A stretch of DNA of 10,848 bases. Source: Acidobacteriota bacterium. GTDB lineage: Bacteria > Acidobacteriota > Blastocatellia > UBA7656. This document shows, piece after piece, positions 6,473 through 10,848 of the stretch. Positions within the stretch are counted from its first letter, which is position 1. Each line of letters opens with the position of its first letter. Below the pieces are notes generated by a model. That model did not search any database, was not told where the DNA came from, and was given only the letters and a program-made list of their open reading frames with translations. Where the stretch lies: positions 1 through 10,848 of the forward strand of contig JACQDB010000147.1 of the NCBI GenBank assembly GCA_016201275.1, read 5' to 3'. The position numbers and the translations under genes were made by a program.

Positions 6473-8686
6473 ATGAGAAACTTTGCTGATTATCTGCCCT
6501 ACGCGATTCTCGCGTTCATCGGGTTCATCATTCTGATGACCTTTTTGCGGCGCATCTTTGTCAACGTCGGAGCGCGCGAGATTGCCATCAAAGAGCGGCG
6601 TTACTTCGGCGCGAAGATGCCGCCCGGTCGCGTCATCGCCACCGAAGGCGAAGTCGGCATACAGGCCGATGTCTTGAAACCCGGCCTTCATTTAATCAAA
6701 TGGCCGTTTGAAAAAGTGGTACAGAAATTCCCTCTGATTGAAATCGGCCCCGATGAAATCGGTATCATCGAAGCCATAGATGGCGACCCCATGCCGCCCG
6801 GTCGCATCTTTGCGCCAGACCGAGCGCAAAACGCCCACAATAATTTTCAAGACCCTGTGGCTTACATCAAACAAGGCGGCGTCAAAGGCATACAACTACG
6901 CACCCTGCCGCCCGGTCTGTGGCCGATTCATCCGTATCTGTTCCGCGTCTCGCTGGCCAAAGTCACGGTCATTCCGCAAGGCAAGATCGGCGTCGTTTAT
7001 GCGGCGGACGGTGCGCCGCTAGACCCCGGCAGATTGTTAGCCAAAGCCATTGATCGGCACATGAATTTTCAGGACTCTGAACAGTTCATCGCCGCCGGTG
7101 GACAAAAAGGGCCACAGGTTGACATTCTCACGCCCGGCACTTATCGCATACTCACAGAGTCTGTGCCGATTGGCGGCGGCAGCGAGAAAAAGCCCGGCCT
7201 GTTTTCCCTGCGCTTCTATGACGCGACGATTATCAACGAAAACAATATTGGCTTGGTTGAAGCGTTGGACGGTGTGCCGCTAGACCCGCGTGATTATGTG
7301 GCGACGCCTGTTGAAGGGCACGACAATTTTCAAGACGCCAACGAGTTCATACGTCGCGGCGGTCAACGCGGGCCGCAAAAAGACATACTGTTGCCGGGGA
7401 CCTATTATGTGAATCCTATGCTCTTCAAAGTGATTCCCGAAACGGCCAAAGAGGTCAAACCCGGTGAAGTTGCGGTCATCGTTTCCAATACCGGCAAAGA
7501 CCCTTCAGAAGAGGTGCGTCGGAGAATGGCGGAAAAAGTGCGCGAGCGTTTGGAACGCGAAGAGAAACAGCATCTTTCGCAAGCCATAGCCAAGCTTGAT
7601 AAGCTCGACGAAACAGATCGCACGGTGCAGGAGATTGAAGAAGAGTTGAAGTTGAGCGACCCGGCGGATGGTCGCTTGGATGGCGGCGCGCACGAAGCCT
7701 ATGTAGTGCCGGAAGGCTTTCGCGGCATACAAGAGATGGTTGTCGGCCCCGGTCGTTACTATGTCAACACGCTGGCGGTTTCGCCTATCGTCATTCCGAC
7801 TACTAACCAAACGGTTGAATGGACTGCCGGTGAAGTGGATAACACTTTCAACCCGTTTGAAGTGATTTCAAAAGACGGCTTCACCATGCAGTTGGAAGTG
7901 CGCGTGGTGTTTCGCGTCAAACCGGAAGACGCGCCCTTTATGGTTGCCAAGATTGGCTCGATTGAGAGCCTGATTCAAAACGTCATGCACCCGTTGATTG
8001 ATTCGATCTTCCGCAATCAGGCGTCGGAATCTTCGGCGATGGCGTACCTGCAAAACCGTCACGAAGAACAGGAACGTGCAGAGGCTCGCGTGCGCGCACA
8101 CCTGTTGAAGTATCACGTTGATGTGGTCAATGTGTTGATCTGCCACATACGCCTGCCGGAAGAATTGATGAAGACGCAGACCGAAAAGATCTTGGCCGAA
8201 CAGCGTCAGAATATGTTCAACGCCCAGCGCGAAGCCGAAGAGAAGCGCATACAGTTGGAACGCACCAAAGCGCACGCCGATAATCAGAAGAGTTTGATGG
8301 AAGCTACCGTAGGCGTGGAGATCGCCGGTAAGCGTTCCGAACAACGCAAGGCCGAAGCCGATGGCGAAGCGCATTATATTTTGGCGACGGGTAGAGCCGA
8401 AGCCGAGAAAGTGCGCTTAATGGGGGAAGCGCAGGGCGTGGCTTACGCCGAACAGGTGAACGCGATTGGCGCGCAGGGCGTGGCTCTGGTCGAGACCTTG
8501 CGGGTGATCGGCGAAAAAGGCGTCCGCATCACCCCTGACGTGATGGCTTCGGGCGGCACTGGCGATGGCGCAGGCGGCATCGGCACACTGTTGTTGTTGA
8601 ATCTGTTCCGCGACCGTTTGCAACTAGACGCCCCTGCCGCTGGTAGCAATACCACCAACGGTTCCAGCACGGTCGTCAAGCGCTAA
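6473..8686 (+). CDS. SPFH/Band-7 (flotillin-like) membrane protein, 737 aa, with an N-terminal TM anchor, a triplicated ~80-aa insert module, a C-terminal coiled-coil and a Gly-rich tail.
   Basis: GAGGAA SD 6 nt upstream. TM helix YLPYAILAFIGFIILMTFL. SPFH N-terminal signature REIAIKERRYFG...VLKPGLHLIKWPFEKV. Later SPFH core GFTMQLEVRVVFRVKPEDAPFMVAKIG...HLLKYHVDVVNVLICHIRLPEEL. Flotillin-like AEQRQ...EAEEKR coiled coil. Three internal repeats at aa 95-165, 171-250 and 258-325 (IGxxEAxDGxPxxPGR ... NFQD...FIxxGGQxGPQxDILxPGTY). Confidence 0.85.
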   Translation: MRNFADYLPYAILAFIGFIILMTFLRRIFVNVGAREIAIKERRYFGAKMPPGRVIATEGEVGIQADVLKPGLHLIKWPFEKVVQKFPLIEIGPDEIGIIEAIDGDPMPPGRIFAPDRAQNAHNNFQDPVAYIKQGGVKGIQLRTLPPGLWPIHPYLFRVSLAKVTVIPQGKIGVVYAADGAPLDPGRLLAKAIDRHMNFQDSEQFIAAGGQKGPQVDILTPGTYRILTESVPIGGGSEKKPGLFSLRFYDATIINENNIGLVEALDGVPLDPRDYVATPVEGHDNFQDANEFIRRGGQRGPQKDILLPGTYYVNPMLFKVIPETAKEVKPGEVAVIVSNTGKDPSEEVRRRMAEKVRERLEREEKQHLSQAIAKLDKLDETDRTVQEIEEELKLSDPADGRLDGGAHEAYVVPEGFRGIQEMVVGPGRYYVNTLAVSPIVIPTTNQTVEWTAGEVDNTFNPFEVISKDGFTMQLEVRVVFRVKPEDAPFMVAKIGSIESLIQNVMHPLIDSIFRNQASESSAMAYLQNRHEEQERAEARVRAHLLKYHVDVVNVLICHIRLPEELMKTQTEKILAEQRQNMFNAQREAEEKRIQLERTKAHADNQKSLMEATVGVEIAGKRSEQRKAEADGEAHYILATGRAEAEKVRLMGEAQGVAYAEQVNAIGAQGVALVETLRVIGEKGVRITPDVMASGGTGDGAGGIGTLLLLNLFRDRLQLDAPAAGSNTTNGSSTVVKR

Positions 8687-8703
8687 TCTCGCGGCTGATG
8701 AAT

Positions 8704-8750
8704 AACCAGAATGCAGCGCCGAGTTCGTTCATCGGCGCTGCATTCTGGTT
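8704..8750. terminator. Perfect 19-bp inverted repeat with a 9-nt loop, 17 nt downstream of the SPFH stop codon. Terminator-like, but it has no U-tract.
   Basis: aaccagaatgcagcgccga at 8704-8722 and tcggcgctgcattctggtt at 8732-8750 are exact reverse complements. Confidence 0.45.
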
Positions 8751-9120
8751 GCTCGGAAGGAAGAAGCAAGCAATCTAGCGGGTTGCAGAGGTGTGCGATG
8801 GGTTGAGAGGCGGTCTTTGACCACCAGGATTTGCGGTCGGCGACCGCCTCTCCGCCAGGTGTTGTGGTCATGGGCAAATGCAATTCGCTATATATCAATG
8901 GCAAGAACACAGCAACGGCATCGGCATCATCGCATCCCACCGAGTGTGGGCAGCGCAGTCGCACCCACAAAATAACCGCGCCTGGTGAGGCACTCTGGTC
9001 ATTCAAGTGGTAAAACCGGGGTCATTCATGAGCTTCTTCATCGAATTTGAACAGGGACGATGATGGTCGGCGCAGCCGTTCGCGGATGTCAGCGACGAAC
9101 TTCAATGACTGCGGTAAGAG

Positions 9121-9213
9121 ATAAAGAAACAGGGTTCTTCATCCTGTCTTGCGCCAGAGGTTTTTGCTTGTCGCATCTGCCGCCGGATGACAGGACTACG
9201 AACCCTGTTTCTT
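9121..9213 (-). terminator. Compound hairpin (outer 12-bp stem gaaacagggttc/gaaccctgtttc, inner 7-bp stem, ~42-nt loop) about 57 nt downstream of the DUF4189 gene on the minus strand. Candidate terminator or structured RNA.
   Basis: Read directly. It is followed on the minus strand by the T-rich stretch tttatctctt. Confidence 0.35.
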
Positions 9214-9269
9214 CATCCGTAGGTGTTATTGCTGAAAAAGCGCTTTGTCGTTGGTGCTTCGACAAGCGC

Positions 9270-9647
9270 TCATCGGGTGGTACAAACCCATTGAGTGACA
9301 CGACAATTGCCGCCGCGTTTGCGACATTCGGCCAGCGCTTTGGATTCGGCGAGGGCTCGCGTCTCGCCTACGCCCCAGCCGCTGGCATTATCGCCTTTGG
9401 CAAAAGCTCCGCAGCCATTGACAAACCATACAACCGCTCGACAATCACGGATTCCACATTTATTGACCGCCGAATTGATGGCATCGGCCTGCGTTCCATA
9501 ATCATAAGAATATCCATAGCGTCCGGTGGAACTTGAATAAGCAATCGCTCCCCAATAATCGCGTCTTACGGGGCGCGGTTTGCCGCCCGCGAAAGCCGCC
9601 GTAATCATCCACAACATCAATAACAAAACCAATAAAACCCTTGGCAT
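9270..9647 (-). CDS. Secreted DUF4189-family protein (125 aa).
   Basis: GAGGAG SD 9 nt upstream of ATG. Signal peptide MPRVLLVLLLMLWMITAAFA. Conserved pattern WGAIAYS..TG..GYS...........A...A...C....C..V..F.NGCGAFA......GWG.G.T...AE..AL..C...GG.C typical of DUF4189. Confidence 0.75.
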   Translation of the reverse strand: MPRVLLVLLLMLWMITAAFAGGKPRPVRRDYWGAIAYSSSTGRYGYSYDYGTQADAINSAVNKCGIRDCRAVVWFVNGCGAFAKGDNASGWGVGETRALAESKALAECRKRGGNCRVTQWVCTTR

Positions 9648-9661
9648 TTTTCGTTCTCCTC

Positions 9662-9694
9662 AAACATAGGTATTTTCAAACATAGGTATTTTCA
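9662..9694 (-). promoter_or_regulatory. Two tandem copies of a 16-nt direct repeat (aaacataggtattttc, period 17 nt), lying 15-47 nt upstream of the DUF4189 start codon on its coding strand. Candidate operator or promoter duplication.
   Basis: Exact repeat at 9662-9677 and 9679-9694. On the minus strand it reads gaaaatacctatgttt twice, immediately 5' of the SD gaggag. Confidence 0.4.
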
Positions 9695-9987
9695 TAACGC
9701 GGTAAAAATCAAGCGATAACATTAAACCATTACGCTGCTCATAACAAAAGGCAATTCTTGAAAGCCCTACTCAAGCCTTACAGCAAGCGACGAAGCAATC
9801 TCTATAGGGATGAATAGGGCCACAGCGCAAGCGCAAAACGATTTGCCGTGCCGACCTCGAAAACACGAAAGCGCCGGAAAACTTGAGGTGAATTCGGTGG
9901 TGTAGAGTGATGGGCTGGGCGGTCTTTTAGCGTGCGCGGCGACTCGCTATTGCTTCACTGCGGCGCATAAATCTTTCTCTGCCAAGT

Positions 9988-10072
9988 CTGCGTAGTAGTC
10001 CGGTGTTTATCGCCAAACTCTTACGCGCCGGTTTTTCAAACCGCTGTTTTCGTAGTGGTCGGGTGTCTGCGG
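9988..10072 (+). promoter_or_regulatory. Pair of ~20-bp direct repeats (core cgtagtRgtcSggtgt) spaced exactly 60 bp apart in the promoter region shared by the divergent cupin and DUF4189 genes. Candidate regulator binding sites.
   Basis: 9991-10006 cgtagtagtccggtgt and 10051-10066 cgtagtggtcgggtgt match at 14 of 16 positions. Flanks ctg...ggtgt(t/c)t are also similar. Confidence 0.3.
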
Positions 10073-10130
10073 CAAGCGACAAAGGGCGCGGAGTTGCGAA
10101 GACAAATCAAACGATTCAGGAGAATTATTC

Positions 10131-10580
10131 ATGGCAACAGAATCACCGATGATTATTTCCAACACCGCTGCGACAAGCGTTGATGAGCGCATCAAAATTA
10201 TCGCAACCGCGCAACTCAAACCTGTAGATTATGATTGGGGTTCGATCAAATGGATTTGCGACCGCAAAACCACGCCGGAAAGCGTGCAGAGTTTCGGCTA
10301 TGCTTTTGTGCTGCCCAACCAGACCAACCCCGAACATCGCCACCTGACCTGCGAAGAGATTATTTATATGTTGGCTGGTGAATTGAAAATTTATGCTCAC
10401 GACGAGTGCATCACGCTCAGACCCGGACAAACCGCTCTGATTCCCAAAGGTGTGCGTCACAAAGTCGTCAATGAAGGCTGGGAACCGGTGGTCTATATCG
10501 CCTCATTTTCGGCAGCCTTCCGCGACACCGTTTTCAAAGGCACGACCGGCAGACTCGACGAAATCGAAAAGCTCTATTAG
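10131..10580 (+). CDS. Cupin-domain protein (cupin_2-type conserved barrel), 149 aa.
   Basis: AGGAGA SD 9 nt upstream. Cupin motif 1 G(X)5HXH(X)3-4E(X)6G = NQTNPEHRHLTCEEIIYMLAG. Motif 2 G(X)5PXG(X)2H(X)3N = RPGQTALIPKGVRHKVVNEG. Confidence 0.85.
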   Translation: MATESPMIISNTAATSVDERIKIIATAQLKPVDYDWGSIKWICDRKTTPESVQSFGYAFVLPNQTNPEHRHLTCEEIIYMLAGELKIYAHDECITLRPGQTALIPKGVRHKVVNEGWEPVVYIASFSAAFRDTVFKGTTGRLDEIEKLY

Positions 10581-10595
10581 GTCAGGCTTCGATTG

Positions 10596-10632
10596 CTGGT
10601 ACGGGCGACCCTGCGGTGGTCGCCCGTACCAG
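10596..10632 (+). terminator. GC-rich 15-bp stem (ctggtacgggcgacc / ggtcgcccgtaccag) with a 7-nt loop, 16 nt after the cupin stop codon. Probable intrinsic terminator with a weak U-tract.
   Basis: Arms are perfectly complementary. Downstream sequence is gctacagactattt. Confidence 0.5.
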
Positions 10633-10659
10633 GCTACAGACTATTTCACTCACAATCCT

Positions 10660-10684
10660 TACCTCGACTTTGTACATTTTCCAG
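10660..10684. repeat. Right copy of the ~22-24-bp inverted repeat (tacctcgactttgtacattttccag). Its partner is at 314-337.
   Basis: Reverse-complement match to 314-337 with an identical 14-nt core tgtacaaagtcgag. Confidence 0.7.
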
Positions 10685-10701
10685 AGGCGAACCAGCCTTG
10701 C

Positions 10702-10743
10702 TAATCCCCCCGATGGCAATCGGGGGATAGTTAAAGCCCTACC
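10702..10743 (+). repeat. Hairpin repeat unit, variant form: taatccccccgatggcaatcgggggatagttaaagccctacc, with stem ccccgat/atcgggg around loop ggca.
   Basis: Aligns with the unit at 10768-10809 at 34 of 42 positions. The stem triplets differ in a compensatory way (gat/atc versus aac/gtt). Confidence 0.8.
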
Positions 10744-10767
10744 TACGAAACACAGCCAACGATAAAC

Positions 10768-10809
10768 GAATCCCCCCAACGGCAGTTGGGGGATGGTTAA
10801 AGTCCAACC
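10768..10809 (+). repeat. Hairpin repeat unit in canonical form: gaatccccccaacggcagttgggggatggttaaagtccaacc.
   Basis: Direct-orientation copy 66 nt after the previous unit. It is the reverse complement of the units at 1-28 and 57-98. Confidence 0.85.
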
Positions 10810-10823
10810 TTGCCCGAGGCTCA

Positions 10824-10848
10824 AGGTTGGACTTTAACCATCCCCCAA
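10824..10848 (-). repeat. Inverted, partial hairpin repeat unit (ggttggactttaaccatcccccaa), head-to-head with unit 10768-10809 across a 14-nt linker and truncated by the window end.
   Basis: ggttaaagtccaacc at 10795-10809 and ggttggactttaacc at 10826-10840 are exact reverse complements. The window ends with catcccccaa, the same decamer that starts the window. Confidence 0.8.

Noticed and set aside
7868-8374. 168-aa minus-strand ORF, plus the 101-aa, 72-aa and 63-aa minus ORFs at 7405-7950
   Set aside because: Antisense within the SPFH gene, where the forward frame has clear domain signatures.
8683-9536. 107-aa minus ORF (8683-9006), 60-aa plus ORFs, and 158-aa plus ORF (9060-9536)
   Set aside because: Cys/Arg-rich with no motifs. 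The 158-aa ORF is antisense to the DUF4189 gene. The others span the hairpin-dense intergenic region.
314-10684. Composite transposon or integrative element delimited by the 22-bp inverted repeats
   Set aside because: No transposase, integrase or recombinase, and no tRNA target, in the window. The cargo (HtrA, SPFH, cupin and others) looks like core housekeeping. Kept as a finding to be tested, not called as a mobile element.
10582-10824. 80-aa minus-strand ORF (MSLGQGWTLTIPQLPLGGF...IPRLPSGGL)
   Set aside because: Its sequence is simply the translation of the hairpin repeat units (IPQLPLGG and IPRLPSGG are repeat-encoded). It is an artefact of the repeats.

Overview
This 10.8 kb window reads as ordinary chromosomal DNA. 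GC looks mid-to-high, several genes lack a Shine-Dalgarno, and the protein families (TPR plus tandem retropepsin-like domains, DUF4189, SPFH) suggest an Acidobacteria-like or other Gram-negative environmental bacterium. I can support nine protein-coding genes. On the minus strand: a 303-aa hypothetical (455-1366), a periplasmic HtrA/DegP-family serine protease with one PDZ domain (1442-2572) preceded by a tightly abutting 65-aa ORF (2580-2777), a degenerate PIN-like protein (2897-3361), a secreted TPR protein with two retropepsin-like aspartyl protease domains (3575-5263), and a secreted DUF4189 protein (9270-9647). On the plus strand: a single-pass membrane protein (5657-6337), a 737-aa SPFH/flotillin-like protein whose SPFH domain is interrupted by a triplicated ~80-aa module (6473-8686), and a cupin (10131-10580). 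I found no rRNA, tRNA, transposase, integrase or cas genes. The most unusual material is non-coding and sits at both edges of the window. A family of ~42-nt hairpin repeats (core aatccccccNNNggcaNNNgggggatRgttaaagYcc) occurs in both orientations, with compensatory stem substitutions, in REP/BIME-like clusters at 1-101 and 10702-10848. There is also a back-to-back 41-nt tandem duplication (93-175) and a ~22-bp inverted repeat (314-337 and 10660-10684) that brackets the whole gene block. Several strong hairpins and direct-repeat pairs lie in the intergenic regions. The window begins and ends with the same decamer, catcccccaa. Joined end to end, the two edges would reconstitute one full repeat unit.
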